Below, piece by piece: positions 50,529 through 63,100 of a DNA stretch of 64,000 nt. This stretch comes from Peribolospora baueri (lineage: Eukaryota). The stretch lies in the NCBI GenBank assembly GCA_029717555.1, contig JAMDHS010000057.1, forward strand, positions 62,001 to 126,000. Reading direction: 5' to 3'. The notes under the pieces were generated by a model. That model saw only the letters and a list, made by a program, of their open reading frames with translations. It was not told the DNA's origin and did not search any database. A program made the position numbers and the translations under genes. Numbering within the stretch: the first letter of the stretch is position 1; every line of letters starts with the position of its first letter.

Positions 50529-51308
50529 TCAAGCCTTGGCCTTCTTACCCTCTCCCACCGCCTCCTCCTCTTCCCGACCCCGCTTTCGTCCACCGCCGAC
50601 AGCCTTCTCCTCTTCGTCTTCGTCTTCGTCTTCCTCGTCTTCGTCTTCGTCCGCAGCCCCAGCCACCGCCGCATCAAAGTCCTCGTCGTCGTCCTCGTCG
50701 TCGTCCTCTTCGTAATCCTGGTCGCGCGACCGAGGGTCGTTCAAACGAGTACGGAAGACGAACGAAAGCGTGAGTGAGCGAGCGAGCGTGGGATGGGCCG
50801 ACGATCGACGCGCCCACTCACATCCTGCACAAGAAACTCGATCCCCGGTCCCTTGGGAACCTCCCCATTCTCCCGCTCCTCTTCATCATCGTCATCGTCC
50901 TCCTCCTCCTCATCGTCGTCGACCTCTTCATCAAAGTCGTCATCGTCCTCATCCTCGTCGTCTTCGTCGTCGCCCTTCACAACCTGCTCGGCCGACTTGG
51001 CCGAGGGGTCGTACGGCGTGTCTTCCTCGTCCGACGCGTCCTAGCGCGAAAAAGGGGGGAGGTGGGAGCGAGGGAGAAAAGAATGAAAGTACGACAAGGA
51101 CGAATACGGCATGAGCGAAGCGCGTCGATCGCGTGTCCAGTGTGGACGAATGCCCAACGACCCGTCGGCGGGCGAGTCGAGTCGAGTCGGTCGCATCCGA
51201 GCGCGTCGACCGTGTTGACGCGCGCTCGGACGATTGCCAGCGGGTGCATCTCACCTGGACGGCGTCCTTGGACGGGCGGTCTTGAACGACGGGTGCAGGG
51301 GCCGACAT
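50529..51308 (-). CDS. Small ultra-acidic protein (153 aa, about 50% D/E) with C-terminal bipartite NLS; ANP32-tail / prothymosin-like
   Basis: Exons 51308-51255, 51040-50822 and 50717-50529 join in phase 0 via GT..AG introns: MSAPAPVVQDRPSKDAVQ-DASDEEDTPYDP..GPGIEFLVQD-DYEEDDDEDDDEDF..RKRGREEEEAVGEGKKAKA*. Confidence 0.8.
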
Positions 51309-52622
51309 CTCGTCTTCGTCGTCGTCGTCGTTGTCGTTGTCCTTTTAGATATAGGGCGCGGGGGAAGGAGGCGGGGATGGAGGGAGGGAGGTGAACGTGG
51401 ATGGTATGACGAGCGGGATTTCGTGCGAGGTTGGTTGGACGCGTCAGGCGGACGGCGGCGGGCGGGTAAACGAAAGAATGGCTCGTCGCTCGTTCGTCGT
51501 TTGGTCGACGAGGAAAGGAGACTGGGAGAGGTAAACGACAGCGGAGACGGCGGTTGAAGGAAGAAGAGGAGGGACGTAGGCAGCAGCCTTCGCCCCGTCC
51601 TTCTCCCCCTCCCCGACATTGCTGCCCTTAACCCTCTGCCCTGCGACTGATCACCACTCGCGCAAGTCGCCGCAGCAGCGAACGCGAGAATCCCTCCGCT
51701 CCCTTCTCTACCAGCGCCACCGTCGATCCTCCACGCTCGTCTAGGACACTGCGACGAATCACGACCGTCCAGCGCTCCGTCGTCAGCGTAGACGACTACG
51801 CACGTGCTCAAATCGTGTTCACTCCACCCATGTTGAGGTCTTGATGGATGCCACGGCCGAGCGGGGCGGCTTCGTCCAGACCCCGACTTGGCCTCGGATG
51901 TCATCGGATGGCATTGCCGTCGCCTTCCATCTCTTAGAACCGTCTATTCAGGCCACACGTGTATCGCTTCCAAGTTCTCTTGACAGCCAGCGACGACAAA
52001 GCTTTCGTCGAAGGTAGAGTGGGCGAGTACCGTATTGTGGGCAGGTAGGATGGTTGGCTCGTCCGGTATGACAACCTCTGCGAGGACGGTACTCGCACGT
52101 CGCGTCGGTACCGGGGACCCGCTTCCCCGTTGATTCAAGTGGGCCACTGCCCAGCGTACACTCTCCTCATGACTAAGCAAGAGGTAGCGCGATCCTCAAT
52201 GCCCCAGCGGCCTCGCTGGAAGGGGCGAAAACGTCTGACGCATACTTCTAGCAGAGCTTGCTCGCTCTGGGAAAGTAGAGTCCATTCGATGCATGCCCAA
52301 CAGGATCGAGAGGACAGTCTAGACCATTAGATACAAACCTGTACGCTCCAAAGCTCCGTATGCGTGAACGGCCCACTCACGCGGCTGTTCCTTCCCGATG
52401 ACGGGGCGAGAGATGAGGAGACCGTTTCGCTTGTAGACGACGACGCGAGAACAAACAGCTTAGGCTACGCCCGGCGACTGTAATATACGCGTGGGTGCGA
52501 CGCGGTCATTTAATCCGATAACTCCGTCACATCCTCTCCGTCCATCGCTCCTCCCTCGCCGCCCGTCTACTCGTCTATGCTCCGTTCGTTCGTTTAGAAG
52601 ACGCCGAAGCCAGCAGGAAGAG

Positions 52623-55295
52623 ATGGATGCAGGGCGAACCGCTTACCCTGACGCTTCGCCCGACGTCGCCAGACCGCTGCTTCGACGCGCTGTCAAGCAG
52701 CTCAACGAACGAGGGCTCTACGTCGCCAGCAAATGGTAAGCTGCCAAACGCTCGTCGTCTTCACCGTCTCTTGGCCAGCCTCGTCCCTCCGACTGATTTG
52801 TCCCTTCTTGATTGCCGATCATCTTCCGTCAGGGCTGCTGAGCTACTCACCTCCCTTCCGCGTTCTCCATCTCCGTCCACCTCGCAAGTCCGCCGCACAT
52901 CCCAGCGCCGCTCCGCCTCGCCTCATACTCAATCTCAGTTCTCCACCTCCACGCCCGCCCGGAGCGGGCCCAACTCCGTCTCCACCACCCCGCTTACCAT
53001 ACCCCCCTTTCTTCCTGCCTCTGGATCTTCCGTCGGACCCTCGGCCCACTCCACGCCTCCCTTTCCACACTTATCCGTCGACCCGTTCCTCGAACCCGTC
53101 TCTACTGTAGGACGATCCGGAGGGACTGCGTTCGAGAAAGGGGGGGTCCACGACGAGAGCAGGCAGAAGATGGAGGAGAGAACAAAGGAGGAGGAAGCGT
53201 GGGACGAGGAAGAGGAGGATGTTTATCTCGTCGGCAAGGCGTACTTTGACAACCACGAGCTCGATCGAGCCGCTCATGTGCTCAAGGACTGTCAGGGCGG
53301 ACGAGGGTGGTTCCTGGGATTATACGCCAAGTTCCTCGTGAGTGTATGATTGATGGGATATGCGTACCAATTTTTTCGAGGCTTTTTGCACATTTGTCTT
53401 TGTCCCCCTCCAATCACCTTTACTCTCCTCCCAGGCGAGCGAACGCCGCCTCCAAGAAGCCGCAGGTCCCGTCGGCGGTCCCAAAGACCTCGGCAAGGGC
53501 GTCAACTGGCAACTGCTACCGGTTCTTGCTGATCTTGAGGACGTCGCGGACCCTTTTCTTTTCTTTCTGTGAGAGACGTCTCTGATTTCCATCTGCCCTG
53601 CTCAGTCCCTCTGCCTGTCCCAAGTTGATGGCAATGCTGACAAGACTCTTCCCCGGGCCTATGCGGGTTTTTTGGCCGGCTAGGAAGGGCATGCTTCTCG
53701 CGCGTTTGCACCGTCGTGTGGAAGCTATCGATGCTTTCGTGAGGAGTTTGAGCGTAATGCCTTACAACTGGAGCTGCTGGTTGGAGCTCTCGAAGGCGGT
53801 AGAGGACGAGGATGAAGTGGTGGGTTCCGCTGTGGTGGAAGCCTCGCCGTGGTCGAAACAGTAGGCTGATTGTGAATTTGCTTCTTTCCTCCTGACCATT
53901 CGCACCTACCCACATGTCCTTGTCAGCGTGCCGGCCTGCGACCACTTCTGCCGGACTCGTTCATGACGGACATCTTCCTCGTATACACGGCGCTCGATCT
54001 GCAATCCAATTCTGAATCTGTCGCCCAGACCGTCGACTCGCTACTGGAATACTTTCCCGACAACGGTCATCTCAAGGCACAAAAGGCTTTGGCGAGCTAT
54101 CAGAGCCGAGGTGAACCGCAGTTCGATCGCGGCATGGGGGACCTCTGTCGTATTCCAACTCCACGGCTGATCTTTGCTGCTTGCAAAACCTTCTTTTCGC
54201 ACCTCTCGGCCTTCTACAGACTTTTTCGAAGCAGAACGCCAATTCGATCAGATCCTGGCGAAAGACCCTTTCCGAGTGGACGACATCGACACCTTCTCCA
54301 ATATCCTCTATGTCATGGAGAATCGGCCAAAGCTCTCACAGCTCGCTCACACTTTTGCGCGCATCGATCGCAATCGTCCCGAGACATGTTGTTTGATCGG
54401 TGAGTGCGTGCGGGCCCCTGGGAAGGCGAAAATGCACGCTCGTCGTCTCATTCTGCTCCCTCTCTCTTCCTCATGGCGGCCTCTTTCACCTCTCCTCAGG
54501 CAACTACTATTCTCTCCGCTCTGAGCACGAAAAGGCGATCGTCTACTTCAGGCAAGCTCTCCGACTGGATCGCAACTATCTTTCCGCTTGGACGTTAATG
54601 GGCCACGAGTACGTCGAGCTCAAGAACAGCCACGCCGCCATCGAGGCGTATCGACGGGCCGTAGGTAGGTGTCCAGTCTTCGTTCCTTGGCTTGGCGTGA
54701 AGCACGCACAGGGCCTTGACTGAACGATCGGTCATATGCGCATGATGCCGTTTTCTCTTGTTGTCCTAGACGTCAATCGAAAAGACTACCGAGCGTGGTA
54801 CGGCCTCGGACAGACGTACGAGCTGTTGGGCATGCACTACTACTCCTTGAACTACTACCAGCGCGCGGTGGCGCTGAGGTGAGTGGGTCGACCTCCGATC
54901 TCGTAGCCGGAATGATACACCATGCGTGTGTGCGCTCATTTTCATCACGCCTTTGTCAGACCGTTCGACAAGCGAATGTGGCACGCGTTAGGAGACGTGT
55001 ATGAAAAGCTTGAACAGTGAGTTGGGTTCCGCCGGCCTTCCCCCCCTCGCATCGCCGTCGCCCGCAGCATGCCCATCTGATCTTTATTTGTCTATCTCCC
55101 GCCGCCTCGACTCTATTCGTTCCCTGCAGTTGGCCAGATGCGATCAAGTGCGCCGAGCGAGCGCTCGCGTGTGGCCCCCACATGCCAGACGACACGACCG
55201 AACGCGAGAAGCTGAAGCTTCTCATCGAGACATATCGCGCCCGGGGTGGGGACGTGGTGGGCGGCGCGGGGGAAGGCGACATGTCAGTGGGCTGA
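52623..55295 (+). CDS. CDC23: Anaphase-promoting complex subunit 8 (Cdc23), TPR protein
   Basis: [126 protein letters not shown]. Confidence 0.96.
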
Positions 55296-55576
55296 ATGGA
55301 TAGAGTGTAGAGATGGGTGGGGCGGTTGCGAATGGGTCAATGATGACGTCGGGGGTGCGGGCAGTCATGACGATGCGTTTGACACGAACGCTACCCTTGT
55401 TTCCCTTGTCCGAACGCACGAGAATTTGCTTATCGACAAGAAGAGGTGTTGAGTAGCATCTTCGTGTCTCTTCGATGGTGAAGCGACTGACGTTGGCCGA
55501 AGAGGTATCACTCAGACGTGCTTCGAGACCCCGCGACGATACACCCCAGGAATCCCCGTCCGGCCTTCATCTGTGC

Positions 55577-56858
55577 ATGTCCATCCATCTTCGGTGTGCT
55601 GGCTGGCCGCCTTCAGATGCGGCCTCTCCCGTAGTCGCTCTGGCGTCTCTTTCTCTTGCGTTCGCTGACGCAAGGGATCGTCAGTATAATCCGCCTCTGC
55701 AGCCGTCTGCCGCGACCGCTGCCCATCTTCCTCCGCGTGCCCTCCCATGTCCATCCCGGGCGGTTGATCCGCGTTGCCGTGTTCGCTTCCAAGGGAAGTC
55801 GTGATGATGGCGGCGAGGGAGGCGAAAAAAAGCCACGTCCCGTCCTCATCAACTGTCACGGCGGCGCTTTCATTGGCGGCAAGTGCACGGACGACGAAAG
55901 AATGGTGTGCACTCGTCGCGAGAGAGCTGGACGCCGTGGTGCTCAGCGTTGACTATGGCGTCGCCCCTGAACAGCCGTTCCCCGCCGGTCTGGAGGTGAA
56001 TCCGGAGCGAGCCATGACGCATGAACCAACCATGCCCTTTGAATATCCTTTGCCTTCTGTCTGATCCTATTCGATTTCCTTTGACCTTCCTTCCTTCCTA
56101 AGGACGTCGAATCCGTCCTTCATCAGCTGCTCCTCCCGCACCCAAGCGCCGAAGCAGCCTTTCGGCCCCTCGCCTTGAACCTCGACCGCGGCCGCATGTC
56201 GCTCTGTGGATTCTCCGCCAGAGGTGCCCTCACTATCGCAGCGTCGTGCAATGACCTCTACCGAGACCGCGTCCGTTCCGTCCTTTCTACGGTGTCCTCG
56301 ACGTCTCCATACGCGCGTCTCAAAAGCCCATTCGGAACGACCTCATACCGGACTACCCTAGCAGCATGAAGCGGGGTGACCCGATGAACCGCGTTCTTGA
56401 GAAGCTTGTCGCCACATACTGCGACGACCATGGCGAGGTGTCCCGACAGAAGCGATGCTCGCCCGTGTTCACCGGACGTGAACGAGCTACCAAGGGAAGC
56501 TAACCATCATCGCGCCGGCTTGGGACCCGCTCTTGGACGAGGGGAATGAGGCTCGTGGAAAGGGTACTAGGCAGACCCGCCGTCGAAGATGACTTTTCTC
56601 CTCCTCTCGCCGTCGTCAATGATACGTCCGCCGCCGACGCTTCTGACGGCGTGCAGTGCTACTCGACAATCAGGGCTGAAGTGGACGGCGAGTTTGGGTC
56701 GCGCGTCACGCTCCATCTCTTCACGCGTTGTCTTCACGGGTGGAATATCCTCCCCCGCGTCTTCCTGCGGAAGGAAGCCGTCGCAAGCCAAAGAGGTCGC
56801 CTTGCAGATCGCTTTGGCCTTGAGAACGACGTGGCAGTCGAAAGACAAGGCGAGCTGA
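55577..56858 (+). pseudogene. HSL-family alpha/beta hydrolase (abhydrolase_3) with about 6 frameshifts (pseudogene or local sequence error)
   Basis: PVLINCHGGAF, VLSVDYGVAPEQPFPAGLEDV, LCGFSARG, FYGVLD, APAWDPLLDEG and CLHGW lie in successively different frames with no introns to bridge them. Start approximate. Confidence 0.75.
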
Positions 56859-57270
56859 CGATCATCCCTGTTTTCCCTGGCCGTTCTCGGATGACGCGAC
56901 CGACCAACCCCATCTCAGTGTACTTGTACTTTGTTCTTGGGAGCCTTTCCGGACGCTGCATCCAAAACCCCCCTCAGTGTACTCGTACTTGGTTTTCTTT
57001 ACCGAATCACAGGGCCAGTAGGACGCCCACCAGCTCATCATCGATTCCGTAAGACGCGAAGTTTATGGTCGGGTTCAAATAGATGATGGTCTTCTTACCC
57101 GAAACGAGCCTCCGCCAGTATTAATAATGCCTGCCGCAGGTGACCGGCACCCGGCCTCGCTCCCCCGTTCGCCATCCTAGTCGTTCACTCCGCTCGCGGC
57201 CACATTTTGGCGCAGAAGGACGTTTGTCAGGTCAAGACACGATACGGAACAGAGCCCGACTAGAGACGAG

Positions 57271-59172
57271 ATGAGCCATGCTGCCCATGGCAGCGAGGCG
57301 AGCTTGGTGAGCAAGCAGAGCGGACCGGGGAGGACCGCCATCGGCGGTGACGCACATCGGACCAAGCTTCTCCTGTTGGGTTTGAGGAGGTGCGTGCGAG
57401 CGTGTCTGAAGAATTGAGCAGATAGACAGTGGGATCTTGTTGCCCGCGTATCTTTTACTGCTGGTGAGGAGGTGGTGTTTGGAATTTCTCACTTTCGAGT
57501 CTCGCTTGGCTCGGCGCACGCAGGAGCGGCAAGACGAGCATTCAGAAGGTCGTCTTCCACCGCATGGTCCCCAAGGACGCCCTGTTCCTGGAAAGCACCC
57601 TCCGGACGATCAGGACGGACATCGAGTGAGTGAGAGGTTCAAAGAGCGGTTCAAGAGGCCTTTGGTCGCTCAAGGCTTCCTGCCGCTCCTTCGCTCAGCT
57701 CTTTCGTAGACCTGCAGGTGTGGGACCTTCCCGGCCAGTCTTCGCTCGATTCGTTAAACCTGCCCTTCGCAGACGTGGGCGCCGTCATCTTCGTGGTGGA
57801 CGTGCAGGTACGCTAGCTACGTATCTCTGTCTTTGACTCGATCGCGCACGGCGTACGTTCATTCCCTTGCTCATGTTCCCCCTCCATCTCCATTATACCC
57901 GCGCACTCAGGACGACTACGTCGACGCACTCGCCAAGCTCGTCGACGGTGTCGCAAAGGCGCACTCGATCAATCCGGACATCAACTTTCACGTCTTCATT
58001 CACAAGGTTGACGGCCTTTCGGATGACTACAAGTACGGTCAGCATCCCCCACCTCCCTTCCTCTGTCTCGCGCCCGAAACCTTGCTTTGTGCTGACTCCA
58101 AGCCCATCCACGCCACAGACGCTCAACGGGATGTGGAACAGCGCGTAGCGAGTGAGATGGCGGACCGGAACATGGATCCGTCCATCCATCTCAGCTACGA
58201 CCTCACCAGTGTCTACGACTCGAGCATCTTTATTGCCGTCTCGAGAGCCATCCAGAAGCTCATCCCGCAAATGAGCACGTTGGAAAACTTGCTCAACACG
58301 CTTTGTACGGTGAATTTGGTGTCCCTTCCCATTGCATCAGCGTCGGAGCTCTCAGATGCGACCCCGTTTTTATGTCATCCCCTCGAGTGACTGACCTCAG
58401 CCCCTCCTCCCGCGTACTCCCACAACAGCACTCCAAGCTCGACAAAGCCTTTCTCTTTGACGTCTCCTCTCGCATTTACGTTGCCTCCGACGCCAGCCCA
58501 TTCGACGCGGCCACGTACGAAGTGTGCCACGAGTACGTGGATTTCCTGCTCGAGTTTAGCGAGCTCTATAAGTGAGTCCTACCTAGCCTATGCAAGGGTC
58601 TGTCTGGCCTTATCCGATGCGTGTGTGACGACATGTGACCCGCGATGGAGAGACGCCTCCCATGGAGCATCGTATCCACTCACCGACCGTCCCAACCTCT
58701 GGCTTTTCAGAAATCTTCGGCCGAATTCCCCCTCAATGTCATTGCCGTCCACCAGTGCGCCTCAAGTCACGGACATCTCGTCGACGCGAAGCGACGGGAC
58801 GACGGACGATGGGGGAGCAGCCAAGGAAGGCGGGCGATACGCCGACAGCGTCGCTCGCTTGACACCCGACACCACGCTCGGGTTTTGGCAAGTGAACAAG
58901 TGAGTGGGTCCGCTCCCTTTACTCCTTCTATCTCGCACGGCGGTGGCGCGCTGAATTGTTGACGAGCGCTCGCTCCGTCCCTCGCGTACCAAAACCGACG
59001 CGAACCGGACAGGCACCTCGCTCTCGTCGCCTTGTTGCGCACGGACACGTACGATCGTCAAGCGGGTCTGGTGGACTACAACGTCACCTTTTTCCGCAAG
59101 GCAGTTCAGGAGATGTTCGCCTTGGAGAAGGGGAAGGGCACCAGAGAGGGTGTCGACGTCGACGGGTGGTGA
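57271..59172 (+). CDS. GTR2: Rag GTPase Gtr2 (RagC/D)
   Basis: [75 protein letters not shown] and [18 protein letters not shown]. Confidence 0.96.
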
Positions 59173-60126
59173 GCTGTCGTTGTTAGCATTTGAAAGTATA
59201 CCATACCATGACGTCCACATGAGCCAAGCGGACAAGCCCAAAGATAAATGAGCGTTTTCGATTGCAGATGTTCCGGCGCTCCTAAACGCCCCATATGGAC
59301 TTTGCCCTGGTCGACTGTCATGAACTCGCCTGCAGCGTCTGGCGTCTGGCGTCCCACTTCCGTCGGTCCGAGCTTCCACGACGTTGCTACACTCCCATTC
59401 TGGCGCTTGAGAAAAAGTCGACAAGACAGGCCGTCGGTCGCAGTGAAAGGTCCCAGCAAGAAGCGCCAAAAACGTGTCGAGCAAGCGGTGGAGCCACACC
59501 GTCGCTTTCGTGACGGCAGCTACTGCTCTGCCACTCGCCTTTGTCCATGTTGTCCAGAGGCGCAATGGATGTATGAATGGATGGATGGCCCTTTTTAACA
59601 AAGGCGCTCGATCCACTGTCGCTCCTCTCTCCCCAGACCAAGTCCAGCCTGAACCATCTCCGACATTGGTCATTAGTAGGCAACAAAAAATAATAACAAA
59701 CCCATAAAAGGTGATTGGGAAGGAGAAGACGATGGCCGAACGTAGCAGATACGGGAACAGGTCGCTGGTCCATGACCCCTCGTCTTCTTTTCTCTTTTAT
59801 CTTTTCTCTAACACTCTGCTCCAGACCGTGAAATGAGCCAGCCAGCGACACATGCGCCAGGCACGGGCATCTCGGCGCAGAGTCATGAACGGACGGCACA
59901 CGCAGGGTAAAGAAAGAAGAGACAAACACAGTAAAGAGCAAAAAGAGAGAGCGGGAGAGAGAGAAAGAGAGAAAAGAAGAAAGGGCGAGCATTAGGATAA
60001 CGAGGCACGGAGGGTTCGCGAACGACGGCGACACGGGGTGAAGGAAGGCGAGACGAGAATGAGACGGAGCGACGCGAGGACGAGCGCGCCATGCCTCGCC
60101 CCCGCACTCCTGCTCGCTCGGACGGA

Positions 60127-63100
60127 TCATGAGAGCGAGCCGCTGGGAAAGTTGAACTCCAAGCCGGACAGGGTGTGCTGCATCATCGTCGGGCTCTGCT
60201 GCCTGCTCCCGCCAGGCGTCAACTGCCCGCCACCGCCTTCGTAGTTTCCAGCGGGCTGCATGACGACGCTCCCGTTGAGACCGTCGAACGGACCTCCGAG
60301 GCCGACCGGCAAGAGGCTCGACCACCAGCTGGAGTTGAGAAGCGCCTCCACGTTCTGCCCGCCCGCGGCGTACGCGGACGGAGAGGTGCACATGTTCAAA
60401 AAGTTCAGATCGCCTGCCGTGCCCGTCGTATCAGGCGGAATGGATGCCGCGGCGTCCACGGAAGCGTCGCCTGGGGCGGCAGAGCCGAAAGGGGCAGCTG
60501 AGGGATCGGTGGTCGCTGGGATATTCATGGAGGGTGTTGGGCCAGACGATGTCGCCGGACGGGACCCTTGGCCGCCTCCTTCGGTTGCTCCGTTCGCGTT
60601 TGCGTTCGCCTCAACCTCACCCTCACCCTCATCCTCGCCCGCACCCCCCGGCCCGGCCTCGGCGCGCCTTTCGGCGGCGACATGGTCCAAAGCCAAGTCC
60701 ATATCGACGTCGAAAGGCTGCGTCGGATCGACGGCACTTGAGACGGAAGGCCTCGCGTTCCGATTCGGCGTTACTTCGCCGCTCTTCGTCCCCGTCGTCG
60801 CCGAGTCGGACGTCTTGGCGTGGACGAGCGCCCTAAGGAAAGCGCTATACAACGAGGCCGTGTGCTGCTCGTTGACGGCACACCGCTCCAGGAGGTCAGC
60901 AACGTCGCTGACGAGGGAGATGATGGCCTCCTCGTTCACGTAGTTCTTGAACTGTGGGCGGATGAGCTGTGGGAAGCACGGACGAGAAAGAAAGCGCTCA
61001 TGAGCAAGCCACATCCTTCTGGCAGAGTACTACCGAAGCCGAAACGGAGAGCACAAGGACCACTTTGACCCACCTTCAGCAAGAACACGCTCGCATAAGA
61101 TATGGTGACGAACATTGAGTCCGTCGCGTACCTCAAAATGTCTGGAAGATCGTCCCTCGCAATGGTGACGACGGCCATGGCCGCTTGGTAGCACTTGGCA
61201 AAGTCTGTGTTAAGGACGTGAAAGCCGGTGGGCGAAAAAAAAAAAAAAAAAAAAAAAGTTAGTCAGTCGGTCGAGCGAAGGCGGAAAGGGCGAAAGACCA
61301 GAGCGAAATGGAGAGAAATGGAGGGAGACGCACACTGCGCGCGATCCAAGCTGGCCGTATCGTCCCCGTGGTCCAGCGCGCGCTGCAATCCGAACGAGTT
61401 GATGACGAGCACCGAGTAATGGAACCTGAAAGGCGCCTGCCGGAGGACGTAATACAGCACCCGCGTGTCCTGATCGCCGTCCGGAGAGAGCTCGGAGGCG
61501 AGACGCGAGTTGAAGAGCCCTCGTTCGGTCCACGTCTGGCGCCACTCTTCGAGCTGCTCATTGAATACGCCCAGCACGAGCGGGTAGTCGATGTCCGTGT
61601 TGAGGCCCGACACTGACGTGGTGGAGGAGTACAGAAAGTCGAGTTGCCGCGACTGCAAGCACGGGGGAGAGCGAAGAAAAAAAAAGGCCCCACACGATCA
61701 CCGCGATCAGCGACAGACAGACAACCTACGCAAACCTCCCTCAACAAGGAATCGACGCAGCGACGACTCACATGAATCCGCTGAGCCTCAACGAGAGCGG
61801 CGACGCCAATGTCCCAGGGCCTGCTGAGCCTCTGCTGGTACCAGTAGCGCGAATTACGGATGATCCAGTCCTCCCTGATCGTGTACGGCTTTCCCATCTG
61901 TGCCGAGAGCCTGCGGACGGACGGCAAAGGCGGGTGAGCGACAAGCGACGCGGGCTGTAAAAGAAAGGAGGGGAAAGAAAAGAGGAAAAAGATAAACGTA
62001 GGTGGAGGAACGAAACACTCACGAGCGATCGACGTTGAAACAGGTGTACCAGGTCCTCTCCCTGTTCAGGATCTCCCTCTCCCTGTCCAATACGGCCGGA
62101 TCGTCGCGGTGCGGGTTGCCAGGCAAGGTGGCCACGCTCTTGCGATGCAGGTTGAGGTCGGTGGCCATGCGAATGGCGACGCCGGAGAAGAGCCACGTCT
62201 TGTCCTCCTCGAACCTCTCCGCCGGCTGGCTCCACAAGGAGAGAAGGAGAAAGCCTTGCACGATCTCGACGGACTTGTAACCCCTGCTCATCACGTCAAA
62301 GGCCACCTTTTTAGCCAGCGCGAGGCACTTGGGGTGCAGTTCCGGACGCTGGGTATAGAATTTGCTGGCGACGGTGCAGACGCAGGTGAAGAGGAAAGGG
62401 GAGCGGGAGCAGATAAAGGTGGGCGTGTGCCACTCGGGATCGAGGAGGAGAAGGAAGAGAGAGCAGTTCTCGAAAAAGATCTTGAAGAGCGAGATGACCT
62501 CTTCGGACGAGACGATGCCCTGAGTGAGCAGGTCCGGCGGCATCTCTCGTTCGATGATGATCCGTCGCAGCGGCAGGATGGTCATCGGGCCTGTTCGAAG
62601 CCATCGATCAAGAAGGGGCCAGACCAGACGGCGCCGTTTGCGTTTGGCGTTCAGCGGACGATCCAGACAAAAAAAAAGGCTAGCCGTCTCTCGCTCTCCA
62701 CCCAACAATACGGAAACTCACCAGGTTTGAAATAAGTCTCGTTCGCGACGCCCAACTTCTTCTTCGGCATCCCGTCTTTCCCTTCTCCAGCGACGCCGGC
62801 GCCGCCGCCTTTGTCGCCCCCTTCGCTCTCGAGCCCAGGAGGAAGACTGGCCCTTCCTTTGCCCTTGCCCTTGCCTTTGCCGCCGCCGCCGCCGTCGATG
62901 TCCTCGCCCTGCTGGTCATCACCTCCCATCGCCATCGCGTCCTCCGCATTCGTCACGCTCGCAGCCCTGCCGACAGGCCTGAGCAAGCTGTTATTGATCG
63001 AACCGCTGGCGCCACCACCACCTCCTCCTCCTCCGGCGGTGTAACGCCTTTGCTTGCGGTGCGAGTTGTGCAGACTCGCCTCGGCGAGCAGGCCTAGCGG

